Shown piece by piece: positions 19,638 to 29,013 of a stretch of DNA of 64,000 nucleotides; position 1 is the first letter of the stretch; each line of letters opens with the position of its first letter. Below the pieces are notes generated by a model. It saw only the letters and a program-made list of their open reading frames with translations. It searched no databases and was not told where the DNA came from. Both the position numbers and the translations under genes were made by a program. Origin of the DNA: Candidatus Poribacteria bacterium (GTDB lineage Bacteria; Poribacteria; WGA-4E; PCPOR2b); contig OZ242351.1 of NCBI GenBank assembly GCA_965208675.1, positions 288,001-352,000 on the forward strand. The letters run 5' to 3'.

Positions 19638-20366
19638 CTATTCAATCTTTAGCGCTGCCCATACCGTCGCCAAATTGTCTTTGGGTTGCACCGCGATTTC
19701 AATCTCTTCGGTTGCAACATCGTAGCTGACGAGTTCAAACGTGACATCTCTTCTATCAATCGTTTTCACGATACCCACATTGGGAGCCAACCACATCGTC
19801 ATATCCACTTCGACGTTTCCAATTAATACAACGTTCGTGACTTTCTGCTCAATTTTAAGAGAATTTGGGAAACTTCCCGCCGGAACGGTGACATCGTCGA
19901 TAGCAACGACTTCCGACTCTATGATGCTTTGAATTGTGCCGAGAAGCGGAACTGAGGCTTCACCCTCAATAGTCCACTTCGTGCCGAGATCCAATGGATT
20001 GGGTAAATAATCCTGCGGCGGCGTAATGTCATAAACCACCTCTCCAATCAGAGGAACCTCCGCTACCAACCGGTGCAATTTAATCCCATCCGGTTCCGTT
20101 TTGATATACAATTTACTCAAATCTTCCGGTGACTGATCCATTATTATTCTGAGTTCCTCGCCGTTGACGATTTCGGGGCCTTCAATCGTCACAATTTTCT
20201 CTTCAACACCATCGGTGCTGCGTAAACGCCATGTATTTCCAAACTCATCCGGATAATAGTTTTGGGCATGGCTTTGCACAGTGAGGTAAAATACACCCGC
20301 AATACAGAAGACGCAGACGACTGGGTAAACTAGCCGAAGCAACATTTTATCTTTCTCAATGTTCAT
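19638..20366 (-). CDS. Secreted hypothetical protein with C-terminal AVQPKDNLATVWAALK tag
   Basis: AGGAG RBS before ATG 20366; signal peptide (SHA-Q); VTVPAGSF and WLAPNVGIVK motifs. Confidence 0.75.
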   Translation of the reverse strand: MNIEKDKMLLRLVYPVVCVFCIAGVFYLTVQSHAQNYYPDEFGNTWRLRSTDGVEEKIVTIEGPEIVNGEELRIIMDQSPEDLSKLYIKTEPDGIKLHRLVAEVPLIGEVVYDITPPQDYLPNPLDLGTKWTIEGEASVPLLGTIQSIIESEVVAIDDVTVPAGSFPNSLKIEQKVTNVVLIGNVEVDMTMWLAPNVGIVKTIDRRDVTFELVSYDVATEEIEIAVQPKDNLATVWAALKIE

Positions 20367-20397
20367 TAAATCACTCCTATTCGTAAATAATTTGGTC

Positions 20398-21420
20398 TTA
20401 CAAATGAACCTCGACATGGAGTAGCTGCCAGAAGATGATTTTCCAACCCGACTCCTCCTTGCTAAAGTCCATGCGGCAATCAGCAGAGAGACGGCCCATA
20501 TCAAGTTGAGGATCTTTCTGTGAAATAACATCAAGCATAAGTCGCGTGGATACCTCCCGGGCGTGAGCTGCATTGACCTGAATATCGTGGAATTGGAATT
20601 CAAGCACGCTGTATTTTTCAAACAGATCGGTTACGAGAGGAATAACATGTTCATAATCTGCAGGAATGCTTCCCGACTCCACACCGAAGCGCGTGATAGG
20701 ATCGTCCGCCGCTCGGTAGGACTCCGAGGATTGGTTCTGGATGATTTCAATGTTGTTCGCATCCGTCAATGCAATCAAAGCTGAAAACCCGTTGAGAAAT
20801 TCGCCAATCTCCGCTTCGGTGTTGGTCAACGGGCTCAGAGGAATCTTTAACACCAGGCGTTCAACGTCGAGCGTAAAGGTGCGCGTACTCCCTTGGTAAT
20901 CTGCATCTTTGGCAGTCAACATTAACCCATCAGAGTACGGAACGTGAATAAAATTGTACCGCCCATCGCTGTCGGTTGTCACCGTCTGATCCAATAAACT
21001 GACCGACACACCGGGGACCGGATTTCCTGTTCTTGTATCAGTAATAATGCCGGAAACTGCGCCGAATAACCGGTCTAGGGAAACGTTCAACGTGAGGTTT
21101 TCGGCATTGAGGGAGAAGCCTAGCATTTTTGTCTCGCGGTGCTTTGCTTCGACCGTTAGATTTAAAGAGTCTGAATACTGAATGCGCGTGAACACATACC
21201 TGCCGTCACCGTCTGCTTCCACTCGCTGACCCAATAGAGACACCTGTGCACGGGGGATAGGATCCCCCGTTGCCGCATCGGTGATAATACCCGACACATT
21301 GCCAAATTCCGTGGTTTCCGGCGGCTGAATTTTAGGAACCGGAGACTCGTCGCTGCATCCAACGTAAGCAACCGTCAAGCTGAGTATGATAAGAAGATGG
21401 CAAGTGTTCTTAATTTCCAT
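20398..21420 (-). CDS. Lipoprotein with two carboxypeptidase-regulatory-like (Cna-B-type) repeats
   Basis: GAGG RBS; lipobox VAYVG-C; repeated VSGIITD..TG.P.PG..VSL...DGRY.F. Confidence 0.75.
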   Translation of the reverse strand: MEIKNTCHLLIILSLTVAYVGCSDESPVPKIQPPETTEFGNVSGIITDAATGDPIPRAQVSLLGQRVEADGDGRYVFTRIQYSDSLNLTVEAKHRETKMLGFSLNAENLTLNVSLDRLFGAVSGIITDTRTGNPVPGVSVSLLDQTVTTDSDGRYNFIHVPYSDGLMLTAKDADYQGSTRTFTLDVERLVLKIPLSPLTNTEAEIGEFLNGFSALIALTDANNIEIIQNQSSESYRAADDPITRFGVESGSIPADYEHVIPLVTDLFEKYSVLEFQFHDIQVNAAHAREVSTRLMLDVISQKDPQLDMGRLSADCRMDFSKEESGWKIIFWQLLHVEVHL

Positions 21421-21485
21421 ACCCACCTCTACATCAGCGGCGGGAACCCGAATCACTGTAGTCCGGTGAGATTCCATGTTGTATG

Positions 21486-22628
21486 TTAACCCGCAGCGAT
21501 ACCAACTAACTCAACTTGTGCTCCCCGGATGGCTTCGCAGAGGTAACTTATGCCTTCAGGAATGTCTTCAACATGGCAGTAGGCGTAAGCGAGGCGGATA
21601 CACTTGATGGGAAGGTTATGATAGTGGAACGCACTGCCGTGTGTGAAACCGACCTTTTTCGCCGCTGCAAGCATTTCTAGCATTTTCATATCCGTTGATT
21701 CTGGTAGATGCATCCAGAGAAACAGCCCGCCTCGCGGTTTCGTCCAAGTACAGATGTCACTGACATGGCTCGCAAGTGTTTCTATAACGGCGCGGCACTT
21801 TGCTCTTACGGCGGCATTGGTTACGGCGAGGTGCTCGTCAAGGTGTTTCTTGAAAAAGTTCGCCACAATAGCGCTCGCCAACGCGCTTGTACCCGCATCC
21901 CAACGGTTCTCATGAATCAATCGGTGATACGGCGGTCTTGCAACGAAATATCCCTGGCGTACGCCGGCGCCGAGTATTTTAGAAAACGTCCCCACAAAAA
22001 TGACCCTGTTGGCACTGTCTAGTTTGAATAGCGAATCTGGCGTCGGGTTCGGCACAAAATCAATGTCGCCGTAACAATCATCCTCCACAATCAGGAGGTC
22101 ATACTCATTCGCCAACGCTAGTAGGTGTTTACGGCGATCCAGCGAAAGAATTGCGCCCGTAGGGTTTTGATGATTTGGCGTGGTATAGATTATCTTGGGA
22201 CGGATGTGCTGCGTTCTTAAATCTTTAAGGATTCCCTCAAGTGCATCAATGTCCATACCGTCGCTGTAGTCCATCGGCACACCGACAAGATTAGCTTTTA
22301 GGTGCCGCAAAAGTCCAAGCGTTCCACTGTAGGTTAGCTCTTCCGTAAGAACAGTGTCTCCAGGATTAATGAAGGTTCCCAACACAAGATCCAGTGCCTG
22401 CATGGAACCGGACGTAATCGAGATGTAATCAATAGGCAGCGGTATGTCCTCTCGCCTTTCAAAGCGCATTGAAGCTAACTCACGCATGCCGAGAAACCCA
22501 TTGTCGCCCGGATAGTTGACAAGACTGCCGCCTAACTCGCGCAGCGCTTCAGCACTCGCTTCAATCAAACCATCCGTTGGAAATGTGTACGGGTCGGGGC
22601 GGCCGCCAGTGAACGCAAAGTCTTTCAT
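21486..22628 (-). CDS. PLP-dependent class I/II aminotransferase (2-aminoadipate transaminase/MocR-like)
   Basis: TSGSMQAL, HQNPTG, IVEDDCY, GTFSKILGAGVRQG, GGLFLW. Confidence 0.88.
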   Translation of the reverse strand: MKDFAFTGGRPDPYTFPTDGLIEASAEALRELGGSLVNYPGDNGFLGMRELASMRFERREDIPLPIDYISITSGSMQALDLVLGTFINPGDTVLTEELTYSGTLGLLRHLKANLVGVPMDYSDGMDIDALEGILKDLRTQHIRPKIIYTTPNHQNPTGAILSLDRRKHLLALANEYDLLIVEDDCYGDIDFVPNPTPDSLFKLDSANRVIFVGTFSKILGAGVRQGYFVARPPYHRLIHENRWDAGTSALASAIVANFFKKHLDEHLAVTNAAVRAKCRAVIETLASHVSDICTWTKPRGGLFLWMHLPESTDMKMLEMLAAAKKVGFTHGSAFHYHNLPIKCIRLAYAYCHVEDIPEGISYLCEAIRGAQVELVGIAAG

Positions 22629-22912
22629 ACCAGTTCCCTCCGTTCAAAAGTTCGCCGTTTACTTGGAGTTCAGAGTTGAATGTAGGCAACATCGCAATTA
22701 TATCACATTACACACCAAAATCCTATATCAAATGATTTAACAGTTCACAGACAACATTTCGATACAAAGTATATAATCACGGATTTCCGTGAGGCAACAA
22801 ATATCAGGCGATCTTTATGGATTGCTTTCAGTGAAATTTTCATGTTATAATTAACGCAAACGTTCTTCCACCGCATTAGATAATCTTGCCCCGATAAAGA
22901 AGGAGCTCTTGA

Positions 22913-23371
22913 ATGGCATACTATATTACAGACGAATGTATTGGGTGCATGGCGTGTCTGACGAATTGTCCCGTTGATGCAATTACCGGCGAACGTAATA
23001 AACTGCATGACATAGATGCGGATATTTGTATTGATTGCAGTGCTTGCGGAATGGTTTGCCCTGTTGAAGCAATTCGAGATCAATACGGAAATGTCTGCAA
23101 ATTCATTAGACGCCCAACCAACCGGCCGATCGCTGTAATTTATGAAGAACTCTGCTCAGGTTGTGATTTCTGCGTGCACATTTGTCCGTGGGATTGCCTT
23201 GAACTCCTCGATCCGGCAACAGGGGAACATGCTGAAAGTTTCTTTGGCATTTGTGAGCTTGTCAAACCCAAGGATTGCACCGGCTGTAAGCTGTGTGAAG
23301 AGGTGTGCATTAAGGATGCAATCCGCGTTGAGTCGCCGGTTTTGACTCAGTTGGAGGAAGCGGCGGATTGA
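22913..23371 (+). CDS. Multi-cluster 4Fe-4S ferredoxin
   Basis: Four CxxCxxCxxxC motifs; AGGAG RBS. Confidence 0.9.
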   Translation: MAYYITDECIGCMACLTNCPVDAITGERNKLHDIDADICIDCSACGMVCPVEAIRDQYGNVCKFIRRPTNRPIAVIYEELCSGCDFCVHICPWDCLELLDPATGEHAESFFGICELVKPKDCTGCKLCEEVCIKDAIRVESPVLTQLEEAAD

Positions 23372-23374
23372 TCG

Positions 23375-24259
23375 ATGATAAAAAGCATGACGGGTTACAG
23401 CCGATTTTCATCTGAAACCCGGTTCGGTGCACTGACAATTGAACTGAAAGCTTGGAACCATCGATACTGCAACGTTACTGTTCGCTCACCCAACTCCCTC
23501 TCCCAATTTGAACATCGCATACAAAATCTGATAAAGCACCAAGTCTCCAGAGGACAAATCCAAGTTTCAATCGAGTTAGTTAAGACTAACTCATCTTCGG
23601 CTGGCAGTCTCATTCTTGATTTGGCGTTAGCGAAGCAGTATTACCAGAAACTTGTGCGGCTGCAAAACGAATTGGAATTAAGTAGTGATATTTCGGTGAG
23701 TCTTTTGGCGGGTCTCCCCGGTGTCTTTGTCCTTCAGGAACCGGCCGTAGCCGAAGAAGAGACATGGGCTGAACTAAAATCCACACTAGAAGCCGCTTTG
23801 GATCGACTGAATGTAGCGAGGCAAACCGAAGGCAATGCGATGTGCGAAGCCTTAAGCCAACATCTCGGTTCGGTGCGTTCATTAGCAAAGGAAGTCCAAT
23901 CCTGCAGTGAGGGTATAATGCAGGAGGTTCAGGAAAAACTGGAAATTCGCCTGAATGAACTGCTGTCGAAACGCATTGAGATTGATCCGGATCGGATAGT
24001 GATGGAAGCCGGTCTAGTTGCTTCCCGATCAGACATCTCCGAAGAACTGGTCAGACTCGATAGCCATTGCAAGCAGTTTGAACAAACTCTACAGGTGAGC
24101 GAACCAGTCGGTCGGCGCCTTGATTTTTTAAGCCAAGAGATGAATCGTGAGGTGAATACCATAGCCTCTAAAACCGCATCGCGGGCTGCGTCATCCCGCT
24201 GTGTCTCGCTCAAGGCCGAGATTGAAAAAATTCGGGAGTTGGTTCAGAATGTGGAGTGA
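23375..24259 (+). CDS. yicC: YicC/YloC family endoribonuclease
   Basis: SMTGY N-terminus; DISEELVRL; GRRLDFLSQEMNREVNTIASK; REL-QNVE; next to gmk. Confidence 0.92.
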   Translation: MIKSMTGYSRFSSETRFGALTIELKAWNHRYCNVTVRSPNSLSQFEHRIQNLIKHQVSRGQIQVSIELVKTNSSSAGSLILDLALAKQYYQKLVRLQNELELSSDISVSLLAGLPGVFVLQEPAVAEEETWAELKSTLEAALDRLNVARQTEGNAMCEALSQHLGSVRSLAKEVQSCSEGIMQEVQEKLEIRLNELLSKRIEIDPDRIVMEAGLVASRSDISEELVRLDSHCKQFEQTLQVSEPVGRRLDFLSQEMNREVNTIASKTASRAASSRCVSLKAEIEKIRELVQNVE

Positions 24260-24893
24260 ACAGATTTCCCGCCAGGGCTTACTCATCGTTATATCGGGAC
24301 CTTCTGGATCCGGCAAAACTAGTGTTGTCAAAGCGCTCTGTCAAGCCGATCCGGCGTTGACGCACTCCATCTCCGCAACAACCCGCCCGCCTCGCCCCGA
24401 CGAAGTTAATGGGGTCAACTATCATTTTTTGTCCTCCTCTGAATTTGATGAGTTAGTCCAACAGCGTGGCTTTCTTGAATCAGCAAAATATGGCGACCAT
24501 TACTACGGCACCTTAAGATCGGAAGTTGAGCCAAAGTTAAGGGAAGGCAAAAATGTTGTCGTAGAAATTGATGTTCATGGAGGCATGCAGGTCAAGGAAC
24601 TTCCTTTAAAGCACGTGTGCATCTTTATATTGCCGCCATCATTTGCTGTGTTGGAAAAACGGCTTCGCGGTCGAAAAACCGAGTCCGATCCGGAGCTACA
24701 GCAACGCCTGCAGAGAGCGCAATCAGAGATTGTGTTCATGAAAAACTACGATTTTTACGTCGTCAACTTGGAAAACAACATAGACCAAGCTGTCAAAAAC
24801 ATCCGTGCCATCATCACCGCCGAGCACAGCCGAATTGACGATCAGCTTTTCAATGCAATTTCTCAAGAGTTTTCCCCATCTTGTGCTTCGTAA
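24249..24893 (+). CDS. gmk: Guanylate kinase
   Basis: SGPSGSGKT; SATTRPPRPDEVNGVNYHF; YYGT; EIDVHG. Confidence 0.95.
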   Translation: MWSEQISRQGLLIVISGPSGSGKTSVVKALCQADPALTHSISATTRPPRPDEVNGVNYHFLSSSEFDELVQQRGFLESAKYGDHYYGTLRSEVEPKLREGKNVVVEIDVHGGMQVKELPLKHVCIFILPPSFAVLEKRLRGRKTESDPELQQRLQRAQSEIVFMKNYDFYVVNLENNIDQAVKNIRAIITAEHSRIDDQLFNAISQEFSPSCAS

Positions 24894-24956
24894 TCAATTT
24901 TTGAAATTCAACGGGATATCGCGCATCAAGAGGAAATCCATTCACAAAGAAATCAG

Positions 24957-25763
24957 ATGAACACCTCACCGAAGCCAAATTCCCACTCCGGCGATCCTGA
25001 ATCTCAACAGTCGGCGCATCGGACTGGAAAACAGCGCGGGCAGTCGCAGACGGAGGAAGAACTACATCATAACCGCCTCGCCGAGAATCGGGACATTGGG
25101 AGAAAGCGTACGATAAAACGTGTTACGGCTTGGTCTGGCTTGATTCTAGGGCTATTTTTTTTAGTATGCGGACTGATTTACGTCACAGACAACCCTGAAC
25201 GGGAAACATCGCCGCAGGGACTTCATGCAGTGCCGGATTCCGAATGGGTCCTAGGCAATCTCGACGCCGCGGTCACTTTAGTAAAATATAGCGATTATCA
25301 GTGTGCTCGGTGCGCATACTATCACTTGATTGTGACGCAGCTCGTGGATGAGTTGGGCGGCCAGTTTCGGTTCGATTTCCGCCACTTTCCGCTGCGTAAC
25401 CACGTAAATGCCAAAACGGCAGCGACAGCGGCGGAAGCCGCAGGTCGCCAAGGCAAATTCTGGGAAATGCATGATTTGCTGTTTTCCCAACAGGAGCATT
25501 GGGCGAGGAAAGCGCAGCCCGAAGCGTTCGAGATTTTTTTGCAATTTGCGGCTTCGCTTAATTTAGATATGAACCAATTTCAAGAAGATTTTACATCGAC
25601 GGAGATTTCGGACAAGATCGCCAATGACTATTTGGATGGCCGCCGTGCAGGTGTGCGGTCAACACCAACTTTTTTCTTGAATGGCGAGAAAATCATGAAT
25701 AAACCGCCGACATATGAGGGATTTAAAGCGCTTATTCTCGAATCTAAATCTAAACTCGATTGA
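24957..25763 (+). CDS. Membrane-anchored DsbA-like thioredoxin-fold oxidoreductase
   Basis: TM anchor; YSDYQCARC (CxxC); RHFPL; GVRSTPTFFLNG. Confidence 0.85.
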   Translation: MNTSPKPNSHSGDPESQQSAHRTGKQRGQSQTEEELHHNRLAENRDIGRKRTIKRVTAWSGLILGLFFLVCGLIYVTDNPERETSPQGLHAVPDSEWVLGNLDAAVTLVKYSDYQCARCAYYHLIVTQLVDELGGQFRFDFRHFPLRNHVNAKTAATAAEAAGRQGKFWEMHDLLFSQQEHWARKAQPEAFEIFLQFAASLNLDMNQFQEDFTSTEISDKIANDYLDGRRAGVRSTPTFFLNGEKIMNKPPTYEGFKALILESKSKLD

Positions 25764-26190
25764 ATGGATAACGGTGGGCTGGTTGACCGTTGGTCTGATT
25801 GGCTTCGTAGACGCTGCATATCTCGCCATTCAACATTATCGCGGCGCGTCACTGGACTGCTACCTTCTGAGAGGATGCGAGGAGGTTACCACTAGCCGAT
25901 ATGCTACAATTGGCTCTATTTCTATTGCCTTGCTGGGTGCGCTATACTACTTGTTAATCATTTTTTTATCCGCGGCGTATTTAGATACCAAACGCAACTG
26001 GTTGTTAACAATCATATCCTCCTTAACAACTGTGGGCTTTTTGGCGTCGATTTTCCTAGTTTATCTGCAAATCTTTGTCATCCGCGCCCTCTGCTCGTAT
26101 TGCCTACTATCGGCGTTTGTAGCCGCTGCACTTTTTGTTTTGGCTGTGATTCTCACAAGAATCTCTAGAAAACCGACAGTTAGTTCGTAA
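25714..26190 (+). CDS. Vitamin K epoxide reductase (VKOR) family protein
   Basis: Loop cysteines C..GCEEVTTS; CSYC motif; four TM helices; adjacent to the DsbA-like gene. Confidence 0.88.
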   Translation: MRDLKRLFSNLNLNSIEWITVGWLTVGLIGFVDAAYLAIQHYRGASLDCYLLRGCEEVTTSRYATIGSISIALLGALYYLLIIFLSAAYLDTKRNWLLTIISSLTTVGFLASIFLVYLQIFVIRALCSYCLLSAFVAAALFVLAVILTRISRKPTVSS

Positions 26191-26245
26191 ATTTTTTGCG
26201 TCAAATGAAAAAGGAAAAGATGTAAACCGCATCAATTAAAATCCG

Positions 26246-26749
26246 GTGCGCGAGGCAAATCCCATTGGAGAAATTGAAGTGTTAGAGCTGCACCGTGAAA
26301 CACTAAATCAGATCCACGGCCACGCCAAAAGGGAATTTCCCTACGAATGCTGCGGTATCATCTTGAGCGGCGGAAATCAGGAGTTTGTGAGAGTGTGCAG
26401 GAATATTCAAAACCAGCGCCATGCCGAAGATCCGGAAACATATACACGCGATGCGCGTACAGCATATCTGATGGATCCAAACGATCAGATGAGAGTCTAT
26501 AAAGAGTCTGAAACCGAAAACCGGCCCATCAAGGCATTCTATCACTCTCACCCCGACCACGATGCGTACTTTTCTGACAAAGATAAAGCAGACGCGACAG
26601 CGTGGGGCGAACCGACATATCCCAATGCGGCTTACATCGTAATATCCGTCTACAATCGGGTGATTAAGGCCACGCGAGCTTACGCTTGGTGTGTAGCTGA
26701 GACCGATTTCGTCGAGGCGCCGATAATCGTGAAGCATCGGTTGGATTAG
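26246..26749 (+). CDS. JAB/Mov34 (M67) metallopeptidase
   Basis: PYECCG and FYHSHPDHDAYFSDKD JAMM motif. Confidence 0.88.
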   Translation: MREANPIGEIEVLELHRETLNQIHGHAKREFPYECCGIILSGGNQEFVRVCRNIQNQRHAEDPETYTRDARTAYLMDPNDQMRVYKESETENRPIKAFYHSHPDHDAYFSDKDKADATAWGEPTYPNAAYIVISVYNRVIKATRAYAWCVAETDFVEAPIIVKHRLD

Positions 26750-26789
26750 CGTTGAATTTGACTCATCATTTTTGGCAGGGATTGTACAT

Positions 26790-27029
26790 ATGGCAAATTT
26801 AAGAGTGCGCTTGACTTTTCCGCCGGAGCGCGTCACCGAGCCTGTAGTCTACAACATCGGGCATCAATACAATGTTGTCACCAACATCCGGCGCGCTAAC
26901 GTCACGGCTGACGAGGGGTGGATTATTTTGGAATTGATCGGTGACACGGACGAACTTGAACGGGTGGTCGATCATCTCAGATACATTAGAGTACAAGTCG
27001 AACCGGTCGAAGGTGACGTTGTCCTGTAA
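26790..27029 (+). CDS. NIL domain protein
   Basis: RVRLTFP...EPVVY...VVTNIRRANV...GWIILELIG pattern; ATG 26790. Confidence 0.8.
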   Translation: MANLRVRLTFPPERVTEPVVYNIGHQYNVVTNIRRANVTADEGWIILELIGDTDELERVVDHLRYIRVQVEPVEGDVVL

Positions 27030-27070
27030 CTGTTTTGTTAAGGGCGCACCGCCCCGGCCGTGATGTCTTG

Positions 27071-28966
27071 CTACAGCTTCTTCAAGGTTACCTCTAGCAC
27101 AAAGTCGGGAACGAGATCGAAAAATAGCACCATGTGGTGTTCGCCGTCCGTATTCTTAGCAATCATGAACTCTTTCGCGTTGGTTTCGACCCTGATTAGA
27201 TCTGGGTTCCTCGCAAATTCGTCTGGCAACTCCCAAAGCGCAATCGCATAATCTGGAAATTCCGCTTCGGTGAGCATTCTCAACGCTATCCGAAACCCCT
27301 CCTCGACCGGCATCCATTTCGGTTTTGACCGAAGCGTGGGAATTCTTGCCGGATCGACGCCTGAATAGACGGGCCACGTCCGATTTGACTGGAAGAATCC
27401 CACGTCAGGCGTCTCCACGTGTGAAATCGAACTCCCTTCAGGTCCAATCATTGCTTCCTGGTTCGTGTAGTCGAACCACCAGATGGGGTTGAGACATTCC
27501 CGCTCAAACCGGATGGAACGGCGCTGGTCCTCGACGACGATGTACTCGTAAGACCACGGGTCTTTGCCTCCGTAGCGCGTATTTTTCCTCAAATCCATGA
27601 TGGGTGGGATGCGCGTATTCCAAGGGAGCCGCTCGCGTGTCAACAATATATGCGCTCCAGCCCACCCGTTAATCCAGTTCATATCATAGAAGATGTGATC
27701 AGTCTTGCTGACGAATACAGTGCGCGGGGTAACTTTATAGTGGCGGCGATAGTAGTCGGCAACATCAAGCGATCGTGCGTAGACTAGCTTGAAGGCTTTG
27801 GGTATTTCGAAAGCCATGTAACGCTGGAATCGTTCTACAAACTGAAACACCGGATACAAATTGTGCTCAACTCCCCAATCGCTGTCATCTAGCGGGCAAC
27901 GGAGTGCGCTGTCGCGAAGCTGGCAAGTAAAGGCAGCGTCATAGAGCGGGAACAGAAAAGCCGGGTGCTCGCTCATCTCCGCAAGATTCTTAGCTTCATT
28001 CACACCCTGGCGAAAACACCTCTCAGCCTCGTCCCAATGGTTTTCTGACGTGTCAAACTGGTTGTGCCAAGTCACGGGTCCCAAGAAATGCCAGCCGGTA
28101 CAGAAATCCCATTGATTCGCCACGACCGAACCGCCTTCTGCCTGATTCGTCTTGCGGAAATCCAACGGCGAGGCGAAGTAGGGAAATTCCGGCATTCCGA
28201 GCCAGGATCCCCCGTTTGCCATCTGTAGTCCGAAGTGGCTGTTGATACCGAGATTCATGAACGTTGCCGCATAACCGGGGTCGTTTGAATGCCACATTTC
28301 AACCCGTCCAGCACGGGCGTCGTTTGTATCGGGTAGAAGTTGCTTGACTCGGTCCAGCGCTTCACCGTACACGCTCACGCGCTCTTCTTGGCTGAGCCTT
28401 GGCGTGTCCGGATATTGCGGAACGACTGCATCGCCGTAATATCGGTGAAACTCCAGAAATTTTTGGCACAGCGGATCACCAGGATCGAAACTCACGGTAT
28501 AGTCGATTTTCGCAATTTTCTCGTAATATCTCTCTACCGGGAGAGGATAGTCGATTGGAATGCCGGTGGCGTGCAAAGTCGGTCGCTGCAAGGCGGGATA
28601 ACCGCTGAAGCGTATTACAATCCAATCATCTTCGATCGCCGCGAAATAACGGTAGAACACCTCGTCGCCAGCACGCCACCGCGCGATGTAGTTGCCGGGA
28701 GCCGGTGGCTGATAGCTTAAAAACGCACGCCCATTGTCGAATCTCAATTCAAACTGTTTTGACTCGAGTGTGTCCAGCCATCCCAAATCTCCGCCGGCGG
28801 TAAAAGCGTCCCCCGGTTCAGCGCGTTCAAGATATCTCGGGAATATGGTTAGCGGCTCGGCTTCGATTCCATCCGGGAGGTAAAAGGTGAATTCTACACG
28901 CTCCCCCACCTGCAAAAGCCTGGCGCCCGTAGTCCATTGCGGTTTTTTCAAAAGTTTCTTATTCAT
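27071..28966 (-). CDS. Hypothetical protein (631 aa)
   Basis: Long ORF with normal protein composition; no motif recognised. Confidence 0.7.
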   Translation of the reverse strand: MNKKLLKKPQWTTGARLLQVGERVEFTFYLPDGIEAEPLTIFPRYLERAEPGDAFTAGGDLGWLDTLESKQFELRFDNGRAFLSYQPPAPGNYIARWRAGDEVFYRYFAAIEDDWIVIRFSGYPALQRPTLHATGIPIDYPLPVERYYEKIAKIDYTVSFDPGDPLCQKFLEFHRYYGDAVVPQYPDTPRLSQEERVSVYGEALDRVKQLLPDTNDARAGRVEMWHSNDPGYAATFMNLGINSHFGLQMANGGSWLGMPEFPYFASPLDFRKTNQAEGGSVVANQWDFCTGWHFLGPVTWHNQFDTSENHWDEAERCFRQGVNEAKNLAEMSEHPAFLFPLYDAAFTCQLRDSALRCPLDDSDWGVEHNLYPVFQFVERFQRYMAFEIPKAFKLVYARSLDVADYYRRHYKVTPRTVFVSKTDHIFYDMNWINGWAGAHILLTRERLPWNTRIPPIMDLRKNTRYGGKDPWSYEYIVVEDQRRSIRFERECLNPIWWFDYTNQEAMIGPEGSSISHVETPDVGFFQSNRTWPVYSGVDPARIPTLRSKPKWMPVEEGFRIALRMLTEAEFPDYAIALWELPDEFARNPDLIRVETNAKEFMIAKNTDGEHHMVLFFDLVPDFVLEVTLKKL

Positions 28967-29013
28967 CTGATATCGCTCCGACGGCAGGTAGCGTTTCAGT
29001 TGCTTTGACGCAA

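Noticed and set aside
20367-20621. N-terminal extension of ORF 19638-20621
   Set aside because: It overlaps the upstream lipoprotein gene; the RBS and signal peptide support ATG 20366.
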